A stretch of DNA of 64,000 bases, taken from assembly GCA_002104905.1 (NCBI GenBank), contig MCFE01000369.1, positions 21,420 through 85,419 on the forward strand, written 5' to 3'. Below the pieces are notes generated by a model, which had not been told where the DNA came from, did no database searches, and saw nothing but the letters and a program-made list of their open reading frames with translations. The position numbers were made by a program, and so were the translations under genes. Positions 1 through 10,960 of the stretch are shown here, one piece after another. This DNA is from Basidiobolus meristosporus CBS 931.73. Its lineage: Eukaryota > Fungi > Basidiobolomycota. Numbering within the stretch: the first letter of the stretch is position 1; every line of letters begins with the position of its first letter.

Positions 1-3000
1 CTGTCGGCTAACCGATACGCCGAACGAAACACTTTTGTGTTGTACGAGTTTATCGACATACTAATTCAAATCCTGGAGACAAACCCCACTCAGGGCAATG
101 TTGTATCTCTTGCGATAGCGGTGCTGACGCAGTTGGGTATGAGCCTTTCGACTGGCATGCTTGATCGTTTCTTCGACTTAACCCTCGGTACCTAGGAAAC
201 ATCCCTAGCCTCCGTCGAGTGATGCACCACAGAAAGAAAACCATCATCGACGTTATCTCTGTTCAACTGCAGTCCACTTCAAACGATAAGGAGTGGTTCC
301 TCAAGGTAAGAAGCGCAGCTATCGTTGATGTGCGGATCAATCAGGCTTATCAGAACCCCTAGTATATCGGCCTACTCAAGGCACTCACTTGCGAAACCGC
401 GATACTGTATCCGACTCCCGAATCGATCCGGCTTACTAAATTCCTTCGAGATGTGATGTACGTAGAAAAGAACCAGTGTATCGAGACAGGCCGCTGACCC
501 ATTGCATCTAGAAAAAAGGCTACCGACCAGGAGGTCCTTGGAGATATCCTCGCGTTGTTCAGCCATCTCGTTCGCTTCACCGAGCCAATCAAAGAGAACA
601 CAATCGCGACCCCACACATGTCGTCCTTCTACAGAAGACTCATTCATTCACTGAGTAGCGAAGACCTTTCAATCATTGTTTATTCACTCAATATACTGGC
701 TGACCTGATCATCAATGAAAAGCTGGGCGAGATGGTAAGGGCTCAGGCCTCCGATGTTCCCCAAACTAGTAGAACTCACCTCGGATCAATCTAGCTGTTC
801 AACCGAAACAACATCTCCCAAACCTTCAAACTGATCTTCAACCTGATAACCAACGGGAAATCCGTAGAAATTGTACGGCCGTCAGTAAGCCTTGTTGGCG
901 CAATTACATCAAGCGCCACCATAAAGGAATATCTGGTCAAGTAATGTCGCTCAGCTTTCCTGCTCCGTCCACTCAACCCTGCTGATACGTGCTTGTTTCC
1001 CATTGAAGCTACCAATATCTGGAGGTCTGTCTACGCAGAGTAACTGCCCTGATCTCTTCTGGACGACACCAGCTCGTGTTGCCGGTAAGGAATGTGAATG
1101 AATATGCGGGTGTGGGCCGAACCTAACTTATTGCACATCAGGCCCTCGATCTCCTGGCCATCATGGTGCAGAGGAGGATCTCCACGGAGGTGGTTTTCCG
1201 AATCATGCACGATTGTGGGGTGTTTTCTGCTTGTTTGCAATGGGTCCAGTGCCGAATTCGAGAGATCAAGCGAGGGAGCTACTTGCAGGAGATCGAATGG
1301 CCATATCTGATCGAGGAGATATGTTCCTTCTTCAAGGAAATACTGAAGGTGAGGCGATGAGCTTGTTTGATACGCGTGCGGGTGCTGATTCATTGTAAAG
1401 GCTGAGTTCAGTGGGCACCCATCCGGTAAGAGCTGCTCCGTTGACCGCGATGATTTGGAATTGGTGGTCACCTCCGTATTGGATGCCGTGGTTGATGTAT
1501 TCATGGATGGATACTCCTACTTGGAGCACGATCATTTCGTCTACATCCAGATCGCTCCGATGTTCGACCTGGTGAATTATATCCTTCTACCCAGCCTAGT
1601 GCGTGATTTTCTGGTCTTTGCCCAGCATTTTTCTCCTTAACCGTCCCACATCTAGCCGAGATAAACTTGTTGCAGAAACACCTGACTGAGCGCCTGGACG
1701 CCCAACAGCTGCTGCACACCATCAGGATGTGCATGCCAGAGAAGGATGCTCTCACGTTCACTCCCAAGGAGGAAACAACCGTATTTTTCCTTTGGTTATA
1801 CGTCAAGTATAACGAACATCAAAGGATAGCCCAAGTAAGTCCTATGAATGAGAGCTCCTCGAGCAACAGTGACGCTAACCAACGACGCACAGGACAATGC
1901 CATGCTTGACTTGAAAGCCGTCGCAGACTTGCTAGCAACCGTAATCTCTTGTTCGACTCAAGCCACCATATTAAAGTGCGCTTTTGAGGTCGTTAGCGCA
2001 CTGTCTTGCGAACAGCAAGTTCAGCAAAGGTATTCGCCGCTGCATCTCTATAGCTATGAACTGCAACCTAACCTCTCAGCCAAGACTGTGTCAACTCAAC
2101 GAGAACCGCGATCGATTGAACTCACTGACCGATTCTTCTATGGGTGCAGCGAAGGCTGGTCCTTTCCGAGGAACTAGAACCTCGTGCACGCAGACACATA
2201 CCAGTGAAGGTCTGAGCCAAGTAACTGAAATAGACGCATGCATCAGGGAGCTAACCTCTTTCCTTGGCAGATGATATCAAGACCAGACTCGACAACGAGC
2301 TGAATCTAGCCAAAGCTGAGATGAGGAAGGAGATCCTGGTAAATTCAACCTCAGCAATAGCATTTTACGTGACCTCTTACTGAAGCGTGTCCAAACCCAA
2401 GGCCCGTGATGAGTATTTTGAGGAGGTCAGACAAGACTATGAAGAGCAAATGCAAACACTCCAGGTAACCTATTCTTTGCCTGTTGGAACTGTATTGGCC
2501 GGTCAACTGACACATTTCCCTGATAGAATGAGACGAAGCACCTCCGAGAGCTGTTGGAGGCCAGGTCCTTGGCACTGAATCAATCGGAATCGTTGATAGC
2601 TGAGCTACGAGGTACACACTCTCGGGTTGAGCAGGAGGTACTTGTATAGTTTGGAATAGCGTAGGCAAAATTGGAACTGACATCCAAGTGGGGAATAGGC
2701 CTTCAGCTTCAAGGACAAGGCAGCGGATCTGGAGAGAAGCTACAATCAGCTGCAGGCCGACTTCACTCAGCAGATAGAAGAGAACGAAGGGTTACAGGCG
2801 GAGCTGGACGATGCAAAGGAGCAGGTGAGACTGCTGCGAATTGACTCCAATCCACCTACTTGTCTGACGCATTGTCTCCCTTAGATAACCATCAGCAACG
2901 CCGAGAGAGAAAAGCTCAAGCGCGAACTGTTCGCCTGCCAAGAGGAATCTGAAGCCCAGGGACAAGAGTAAGTGAGGCTGCGCACACTTCTCACGATTCT

Positions 3001-3701
3001 GATCGCTGACCCCGTGTCCCCCCATCAGGATGAAAAAGGTCCGGCAAGAATTGGACAGCTTGTCAGCCAGGTTTGAAGAATCCGAAGTGAACCTTAGCGC
3101 CATGAAGGAGCAGAATCATCTGCTTGAGCAAGAGAATTCCATGTAAGTTAGGAAAGTGGTAATCGCTCAACCCTCTGCTAACTTTGCTCGCGTCTACCGT
3201 AGAAACATGGCCAAGTTCGTGGAAGATAAGCAGAAGTTGGATTCCCTGAATCACGGTAAGTGGGCCCATGTTCGGTTACTTATGACCGGGTTACTTACGA
3301 ACCTCCCCAGAAAATGTCGCGCTGCGAGCTCAGTGTGAGGAGGAGAGGGAGAAGTGGGACCAAACGAAGAGGGACTTTGCCTTGTATCAGGAGGAAGCGG
3401 TGGCCGAGAAGGAGGCGCTGACCAGGAAGCAAAGTGAGCTCGAAGAGAAGGTACGCATTCGTAGGGCCTTGTCAGGAAGAGTCCATACTAACCTCGTATT
3501 CGGAAGCTTGGGGATACCCTTGACCAACTGAAATGCCGCGAGAGCGAGCTGGAAAAGGCGAGATCTGTGATCCAGGAGTTGGAAGACGAACTAGAAAAGC
3601 ACGAGAACATCGCCTCCATGATGATGAACATGTACCAAGGCAAGCGAACCACCAGCTCTGGTACCGAGTCTGGCCGGAAGTCCCGACTGTCGAATGAGTA
3701 G
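1..3701 (+). CDS. CIP2A: CIP2A (KIAA1524)-like protein: N-terminal armadillo-type domain plus long C-terminal coiled coil; multi-exon, 5' end lies upstream of the window
   Basis: Frame 1 is open from base 1 (LSANRYAERNTFVLYEFIDILIQILETNPTQGNVVSLAIAVLTQLG). First introns 137-195 (gtatga..tag) and 306-362 (gtaaga..tag). Exon peptides align by eye, in order, with human CIP2A as I recall it: SSFYRRLIHSLSSEDLSIIVYSLNILADLIINEKLGE / LFNRNNISQTFKLIFNLITNG vs [74 protein letters not shown] vs ALALAQADRLIAQHR; ELEKHENIASMMMNMYQGK vs ELNKHSHMIAMIHSLSGGK. Stop TAG at 3699-3701. Internal exon boundaries are not all resolved. Confidence 0.8.
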
Positions 3702-3854
3702 CCTCGTGTAACCAACTAGAACTCCCGTATATCGTATTTGTAAATAAACCAGAACCAAGTCATGTTTCAAGTGCTTGTTTTATTTAACAACAGGTGATTA
3801 TAGAAACATCGAACAGATATATGTGTTGTGTGATGGGAAATCGAGATGACGACC

Positions 3855-6132
3855 TTAGAAGTCTCCCACATCGTCGTCGTCATCGTCCATGTCGGCTTCC
3901 TCGATCTCTTTGGCCAGCTCACGTTCTCTTTCGCGGGCTGCTTCCGCCGATTCCAACTCCTTGCGGTGTGCATTCAATGGGAATCGCATTGCCTGGTTAA
4001 AGGGGTGAGTGAGTGTTGGCTGAAGAGGCCATGGGGATGGGAGGGGGGTCTCCTTACCTTCACCGAGTCGTTATGAAGATCAAGACAGAAGCTGATACGT
4101 TGGTGGAAAGCATTCTGGGGCTCATTTGTGGAGTAGATGTCCACATTTTCCTTGGACTTGATGAATCCATTCTCGTGGTCGATGGTGGCATCGATCACAC
4201 CGTCCTTGATGGCCTGAGAGATTGTTAGGCTTAGCATGGCTGGTCATCTGCTTGGTCCGTCTGTGGTTGGTTACCTTGGCGACGATGTACTCGGCGTCTT
4301 CTTCGCTGTCTAGGTGGAGCTTCAGGCAGATGTCTCTCAAGGAGATGCGAGAGTACGAAAGGCTGATCATGCGAATACCGGTCTTGATGACGTTGTGACG
4401 AAGTCTAGGAGGACACGTTGGGATTAGCGGCGAACTCTGGACCGGAGAACGAGGGTTTGCTTACCGAAGAATGAGAGTGTAGTTCTTGTCAGCACGGAAG
4501 ACACTGCCGAACTGGGCCAGTGTGTCTTGGAACTTGGTCAAATCACCGATGCGGACAGCTGGATGATCCGGTTAGTGTGCGATCTGCAATGCACTCCGCA
4601 TATCGAGGCGGCCTACCTTGGGTGATGTGAAGGTAAGGGATCAAAGCCTTACGCAGCACCGGCTGTCTGAAGATAGAGCGCTCGGGGATTTCTCCCATAA
4701 GCAGCTGTACGATGATGGCCAACTTGTGGACCTGGGATGAAGAGGTAAGCACTGGATGAAGCGGAATTGAGGTTGGGTTTGGGGGCGGAATCAGCGTCCA
4801 CTTACAGTTTGCTGGAACCCAGCGGTGATCACATTTTGCGGGGCTTTACGGATGGCCTGCAACAGATGGGCGTGGGAGGAGCTGTAGTCGAGCTGAAGCG
4901 CCTTGATGCGTCCTAGATGGGTTGGGAAGTTAGAGCCCTGGACACGCCTTCGAATGATCCGCAACGGGCCTTACCGAGGTAATACATGTATCTGGCGAAT
5001 TGGTTGTTGCCAGCTGACTCGGGGAAAGTGGTCTTGGTGACCAGCTTGTCGGCCTGGTCGTACAGATTGTAGTGGAAATAGTTTCTCAAGAGAAGGTTAA
5101 GGAGGGTAGCCTAGGTTGTGAGGGTTGTGAGCACGCTTGCTGAGGAGTGCGTATCAATGAAAGAGCCCGAACCTGGCAATCGTCATCGCGTCTGAGGGTG
5201 GCGGTTCTCTGGGCAGCGAGAAGTTTTCTACATGAGCTCACGTTAGACTAACGAAATAACAGAGGTGGATTGCCGATCACTTACGGTCTGATCTCGGCCA
5301 ATCTGTCGGTCAGCTCGTAGGCTCTAGAGTAGTAGAAGTAGATACGAGCGGCAATCTGGTCTAGAGAGCGTCTATTGTAACTATGGACTGCGTCCAGAAG
5401 GTAGTTGGCAAGCTCGATGCACTGCATGCCGAAAACCGATGATTAGTAGAGTAGCCACATGGGATGGGGGAGGTGCGACACGCCTTACTTTGTCGTACTC
5501 CTTTTGATCCAAGAGATAGGTGAGAACCAACAGACTGATGTATAGCTCGATTTCTGGGAGGACTTCGGTGGACTTCACTTCGGTGGTGTCCACCTCCATA
5601 GACTCCGAGTTCTAGAATACTTGATTAGCACAGAGTCAGTGGGGCCATATCAAGAAACCTTACGACGTACGCTCAAGTAACTAAGAAGCTTTGTCTTCAT
5701 GGTATGCTCTACAGAAGAGGATTGTTTAGATGAGCGCTGCAAGTCTACCTTCCCATCGAGATGGGGGAGTGGGATCCATCGATGCTTCCATCAACAAGGA
5801 ACTAAGCTACCTTTGGGGAATTTAAGTTGGATGGCTTGCTTGATTATATCGGGGGTGATGCGTCTTCTGAGGGAGGCGGTTATGCGAAGGACTCTGGTGG
5901 TGAAGCGAGACTCGGTGGTCAACACTGCTTTTTCCAGTAGATTGAAGTTGTGCTTCAAATCTGACAAACGGTTAGATCAGGGTGGAACTCGGTTCCCAAG
6001 ACGACAAGCCCACCTACCTCCTAACACAAGGGCGGCGGCCTCGGAGGCCTTCTGCTCCTCTGACTTCTCCTCCACCATGGGGACGGTCTGGTCGTCCTCG
6101 GGTTTTTTGATGTCGGTCTCCATGTTGGTCAT
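3855..6132 (-). CDS. RPN3: 26S proteasome lid subunit Rpn3/PSMD3 (PCI domain), multi-exon
   Basis: Start [14 protein letters not shown] at 6132. Diagnostic peptides [111 protein letters not shown] and C-terminal [29 protein letters not shown]. Stop TAA at 3857-3855. Confidence 0.95.
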
Positions 6133-6801
6133 GTTGGGTTGCTGGTTTTCTGCGCAGTTGAGTTACTCTCAGAGTCCTATCACGAAATCACTTCTGGCCA
6201 CCAGGGGGGTTTACGCAACATGGATTTTTCGGTGACGTCTTCGAAAAAAGATCCCTTTTTTCGGATCGACCGCATTTCCCATCACAAATCCATGATTCTA
6301 TCATCAGAGGCTAATCATGTTTAGCCAAAGTGTGTTTAGCCATATCCTGGTCTGGATAGAATCAGGGTTAGGGCTGAGGAAGACAGGTTGGGAGTGAAGG
6401 GAGTGAAGGGAGTATTTCATGAACAAGGGGTATGAGGTTCTTAACCAGGACTCTATCCTATCTCACATGGTCGCACCTGATCAGTACACAGCAGGTCAAG
6501 GTCACTTCGCCTTCTGTTCTAGGGGAAGTATGGCCAAGCGAAGAGCCACAGGCTTGGCTCACTGAATGGTGGTGACGCTTGCTCAGCCACAAACAAACCT
6601 CTCTGAACTCAACAAAGCAGGAGCCAATAATTTACTTAATACAAAGTTTACACAAAGATTCTATCCTAAACTGTATGTGGGATATGAAAGTATCGGAGGG
6701 GGGGGGGAGGCAAAACTAGTGAGAAGGAAATTAGATGCAAGAGGAGGCGGCGACGGAGGAAGTGGTGGTCGAGAGGAGGGGGAAGAGGCACCTGACTTGG
6801 A

Positions 6802-7139
6802 CTACATGACATTACACTCGCAGCCAGCTCCTTTGGCGGCAAACAAATCGTTGGCGTTGGTGGAGCCCCAGACCGAGGGTACTAGGTAGTCTCTGGTGGT
6901 GGTGACATATTTGATCAACCTACAAATCCATCGGTGTTTGTGTTGAGTATGGGGGAATGGAAGCCGGTTTTCATCGGATGGGTTACTTACATGTGGCTGG
7001 CCTGCGAGGTGGAAATCCGTTGCTGGTCCAGTTGGCTCCTCAGGTGGTTGTTGTACTCGACCAATTTCTTCAGCTTGTGCTCCGAGATCATGTTTAGCCC
7101 AGATGTAGGCGCTGTGGGTGCTGGTGATACCGCAAGCAT
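6802..7139 (-). CDS. Heterotrimeric G-protein gamma subunit (GGL domain, CaaX end)
   Basis: Spliced product (intron 6990-6920, gtaagt..tag): MLAVSPAPTAPTSGLNMISEHKLKKLVEYNNHLRSQLDQQRISTSQASHMLIKYVTTTRDYLVPSVWGSTNANDLFAAKGAGCECNVM*. The DYLVPSVWG motif and CNVM prenylation box are typical of fungal G-gamma. The start is uncertain (7091, 7139 or 7311; see findings). Confidence 0.9.
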
Positions 7140-7619
7140 GGGAAGGAAGATGGGGTTGGCAAAGGGCTAAGATAAGGTGACGAAGACGATGGACACAATA
7201 TCTGGACCAGTGGCCGAGCCTGCCGTTTTACATACCCATCGTCTGGTAATTCAGGGGCTTCTTCAAAAAAGGAGAGAAGCGACAACGAATGAACGTTACC
7301 ATTTCAGTCATCGGGGGAAATGGTTCACTCGATAATGTGATGTGATGGCAGCAGTCAATTTATGCTGCCCGCCACAGCCCCTTGAGACTGGAAGCAACAA
7401 ACCCTGTTTGATGCATTGAACACCCACGAAATCTCCAATGCTCCCGCCGAAACAGGCAAACATTGGCCTCAGCATGGGGCCAGGATTTCGATCTCATGAT
7501 GACGGTGGAGTGGGCGGAATCAGTGGAAAATATCTCCGCTCACCGATTTAATTAAACCTTAACGTGCTCCCATTCAAAACTTCTATTATTCCTGCGCCTA
7601 TTTCCAACGTGACGTACAG

Positions 7620-8617
7620 ATGGTCTTCGCAAAGTTCCTTCGTCCATCTTGGACCCACGCCAACCATGTCACCAGAGCGTTGACACAACGTGGTCTGAGA
7701 CAGGCTACCTGCCAGCTCAGGCGCCATCTTCATGCCACTCCTGCCGCTTTAACCGCCAGCTCGGGTGAGTGCTATGCGACATGTAGCCCATGAAGCCATC
7801 CTCCGGCTAACCTGTTTTGTCCACTTGTCTCCGGAAAGATCTCGCCGCCTCCCTAGAGCAAAGCATCCAGAATTGCAAAGTGCTACCTCCTGGGGACCTG
7901 CCAGATTTTCTGGTGGAATTCAAGGAGAAGAGTTCATTCAAGGTAAGTTGGGCCTCTTGTCCGAGGTGCCGCCGACGTGGGGCTGAGCGTTTGCTCTATT
8001 GCGTAGATTCGTGACATGCCTGGACAGAGCGAAGTGGTCCTATCAAGAGCCTTTGGAAACGAAAAGTAAGGCCCGGCACCGACCCCCTCTCCCTTTCACC
8101 CACACATCTCTGATCAACTGTTGCGCAGGATCAAGCTGCACTTCTCGATCGACGACATACAACTGGCGGAAACCTCAACGAACGCCAAAACACAGGTGAT
8201 ATTTGTTTATTGGTATACAACGACGTGGACGCACCAGACTCAACGACACTCCCCAACAGGAACGTGAGGTCGCCTCATTTCCGGTCGAATGCATGATCAC
8301 CCTCACCAAGGGCGAGGAGAGCGGATGCCTGATCTTCGAGTGCATCGTAGGAGGACGGGGAGTTCCAGATACAGCACATCATCTACCATCCCGAGGCCGA
8401 CATCGCCAAGCGAAACGACCTGACCGGCTTCAAGGGATACCTCGGGCCGGACGTGCAGATGCTCGACGACGATCTGAAAGCATTGATCAATCAGTATCTG
8501 GAGGAGAGGGACATCGATGAGGTCCTCGCCCTGTTCATCCCCAACTACATCGAATACAAAGATCACAAGGAATACCGCAAGTGGTTGGGAAGTTGGAAGG
8601 GATTCCTGGAGATGTGA
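7620..8617 (+). CDS. MAM33: Mitochondrial acidic matrix glycoprotein Mam33/C1QBP (p32) family, multi-exon; one apparent +1 frameshift at 8350/8351
   Basis: Arg-rich presequence MVFAKFLRPSWTHANHVTRALTQRGLRQ. Motifs IRDMPGQSEVVLSRAFGNEKIKLHFSI, FPVECMITLTK..GCLIFEC and YLGPDVQMLDDDLKALINQYLEERDIDEVLALFIPNYIEYKDHKEYRKWL. Canonical introns with donors gtgagt 7765, gtaagt, gtaagg. Stop TGA 8615-8617. Confidence 0.9.
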
Positions 8618-9311
8618 ATGTCACGTGGGGTGACGGCGGTCGGTGAGTCACCCGACGCACCTTGTTTTTTTTTTCTTTTTTTTCGGCACTTCCCCTGACT
8701 AACACCAGCCACCCCAGACGAGCCTTCTGCTTAAAGGGCGGGTCGAGGGTCGGGGGAAAGATGTCTCTCTTCACGGAGAACACCGAACAAGGTAAGCATC
8801 TCTCCGGAACATGCCGATCAACACACAGCACTCGACGGTACTTATCCTCCACGAACGAGGTGCCCCTGTGGGCTTGCTCGGCCGCCGTGGAGACCCGATA
8901 GTCCGTCCGTGCAAGATTATCCCTCGTATTTGCCCTGGCACATCACGAACTCGGTTCAACCACCACCGATGTGACATTACTTCATCACGAGAACATCCAC
9001 CCACAACCCACAACCCCCTCCTCCCTTCTGATCCACGCTAACCGTCCTTTCTCCAGGTGGAACAAACTCTGTGAAGCCGTTCGATCCAAATCCCATGTAA
9101 ATAAAGCATCCTTTCACACCTATGTTTCAAGTGGTCATTCCACGCATGCTGTTACGTGATCGTGTATGTCCATCGATGGCTCACATCACCTGAAACCGTG
9201 GCGGTGTGGGATCCCGGACGCCACCATTCTCCAGGACCATTTTAAAGTAGTCATTGGGAGGGAAGGAACCCGACCTGGGACTTCAGCGTTGCTCTACCCA
9301 GTCTACTCCCG

Positions 9312-10308
9312 ATGCGCCTTCCCTTGATCACCACCCTCGCGGCCCTCGCGATGGCCCGATTCGGCTCGGGGTTCGTCTACCGTACGAACGACGACGTGTA
9401 CGCCCTCGACAAGGTCATGGGATGGAAGGAGGTGCAGGACTACGGCTTCACCACCCTCTCCGCCGGGGTGGACGACTCCGTGTGGGCGGTGTCCGAGGGG
9501 AATCTGCCCTACCGGTTCACCGGGAAGCGGTGGGGCCTGATCCCGGGGAAGCTCCAGGCGGTGGCCGGGCTGGACATGAACACCGCGTGGGGGATCTCCC
9601 CAGGGTACAGCGTGTACCGGTTCTTCAACGGGATCTGGCAGGTGCACCCGGGCAAGCTCACGGCCATCTCGGCCGCCACCAATGACGGGTACGTGGAGGA
9701 CGTGGAGCACGTGTGGGGGATCTCCCCGTCGAACACCCTGTGGTACTGCTACTTCCAGCCCCGGCTGAACAAGTGCAAATGGAAGGCCGTGCCGAAGCCG
9801 AACGGGTTGCGGGTGCTGGCGGTGGCCTCGGTGGGGGACGGGACCGCGTTCGCCCTGTTTGACGTGAGGGACGCGCTCGGGAACGTGGTGTACCGTTGGA
9901 ACGGCTCCTCGTGGAGTCTCATCGACGAACGTCTGGTCTCCATCGGGAACGGGTGCAACGGTAAGGTGGCCGGGTTCACCGCCGAGGGGACCATCCGGGT
10001 GTTCTCTTCCGACACCAACTCCGTGGTACTCCTTGAAGGCCAGACCCGAGATCCAGCCCAAGTACGTGTCGGTCGGACTAAGCGTCTGGACCATCGCGGA
10101 AAACAAGTTGGACGTCTCCAGACCACCCAACCGCATCAAACCGCTTCCTCTCCCTCCGAAAAATCCCCACCATACATCACACCCACGTCCCCGTCCCCAC
10201 CCAAATCCCTCCACCAAACCCCGTCCCAAACCCCACCCCAACCCAGAAAAGTCCGAGTACTCTGATGCCATCCTGAAAGCCCTCAAGTCCGCCCCACCCA
10301 TCTCGTGA
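9312..10308 (+). CDS. Secreted tectonin-type (six-bladed beta-propeller) lectin-like protein with Pro/His/Lys-rich tail; intronless; apparent +1 frameshift at about 10021
   Basis: Signal-peptide-like MRLPLITTLAALAMARFGSG. Repeats of the form L.xISVG...VW(G/A)(V/I)...(V/I)YR..g..W: TLSAGVDDSVWAVS..PYRFTGKRW, LQAVAGLDMNTAWGIS..VYRFFNGIW, LTAISAA..VWGIS..LWY, VLAVASVGDGTAFAL..VYRWNGSSW, LVSIGNGCNGKVAGF..IRVFSSDTNS. A sixth repeat (WYSLKARPEIQPKYVSVGLSVWTI) lies in the next frame, which ends at TGA 10306-10308. Confidence 0.75.
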
Positions 10309-10629
10309 ATCCTCGCGCGATAGGTAGCAGGCCGCTAGATGGTGTCGGTGGAAAGCGGGAATCGACCTAAACTAACACCTCCTCGAAATTCTCCAATAAA
10401 CCACCTTTCCCAAACCAACCGTTGTCACCCGCTTGACTTTCCCCCTTCCCACCGTCACCGCCACCGCCACCGCCACCAGCACCACCAACCGGAACCTCTT
10501 CCGTCTATTGGTGAGTCCCAAGGCTTGTTTGCGCGGCCGCTGTGTCCACTGGCGCATTGTGATGGGCCGGAAATACCCACGGAAGTAGGTGTTGAATGGA
10601 TATCTGTCCCTTCCAACACCCATATCAAA

Positions 10630-10960
10630 TGTTGTAAATTTCGTGATTACCCCCAGATATTCGCTCGACTTGATCACTCCGATCATCCCCTACAAATCTC
10701 TGAAAACCCCGGTCAAGATCTTTGTGCGGGTTTCACTTGGAACATCTCGCCAAAATCTCAGGTGCCCCGCCCGTGAGAAATCACCCGATTGTCCAAGCGG
10801 CCCCAAACTTTCGCACACATGTTCTCGGGACCTTCCCAGGCATATCCCATGTGTTCGTTCCGGCCAAGACCGTGTAAGAGTATCCACACCACTTTCACAT
10901 CGGATGTGTCATCAAGTGAAAACCGCATCACCTACTTGTTCTCCCAATCACTCCAACACT
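10630..10960 (+). repeat. Diverged, CpG-rich solo LTR of the Copia family (3' end eroded)
   Basis: Starts TGTTGTAAA at 10630 and is colinear with the 349-bp family LTR (e.g. gttgtccaa..ccccaaacttt.gcacacatgttct.gggaccttcc; caagtgaaaacc.cat...ctacttgttctcccaatcact). Contains 18 CpG by my count, versus 1-2 in the young LTRs. Confidence 0.85.

Noticed and set aside
2339-2401. Apparent frameshift in the CIP2A-like gene at 2386
   Set aside because: Resolved by an intron 2339-2401 ending in AAG, which keeps the frame (EIL|ARDEYF).
6197-6202. GGTGGC (PACE/Rpn4-like core) about 65 bp upstream of RPN3
   Set aside because: Only the 6-bp core matches GGTGGCAAA; not distinguishable from chance without other proteasome promoters.
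6364-6373. AGGGTTAGGG (CCCTAACCCT on minus strand), a telomere-like 10-mer that could be a telomerase RNA template
   Set aside because: About one such 10-mer is expected by chance in 64 kb, and I see no pseudoknot or other telomerase-RNA structure. It would be worth revisiting only if conserved and transcribed in relatives.
6289-6380. C/D-box snoRNA-like arrangement (ATGATT..CTGA with 3-bp stem)
   Set aside because: The C box is a poor match and no rRNA-complementary guide was recognised.
9303-10301. 332-aa ORF antisense to the tectonin (and other overlapping ORFs at 9254-10126)
   Set aside because: Expected shadow of very high GC3 codon usage; no recognisable motifs.
1-10308. Idea that the five genes form a functional cluster
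   Set aside because: Functions are unrelated (mitotic regulator, proteasome, signalling, mitochondrial matrix, lectin); this is an ordinary compact gene island. No CRISPR array, rRNA or tRNA gene was seen anywhere in the window.
10450-10500. (CCACCG)n run giving poly-Pro or HRHRH ORFs
   Set aside because: Low-complexity repeat; no supported gene model.
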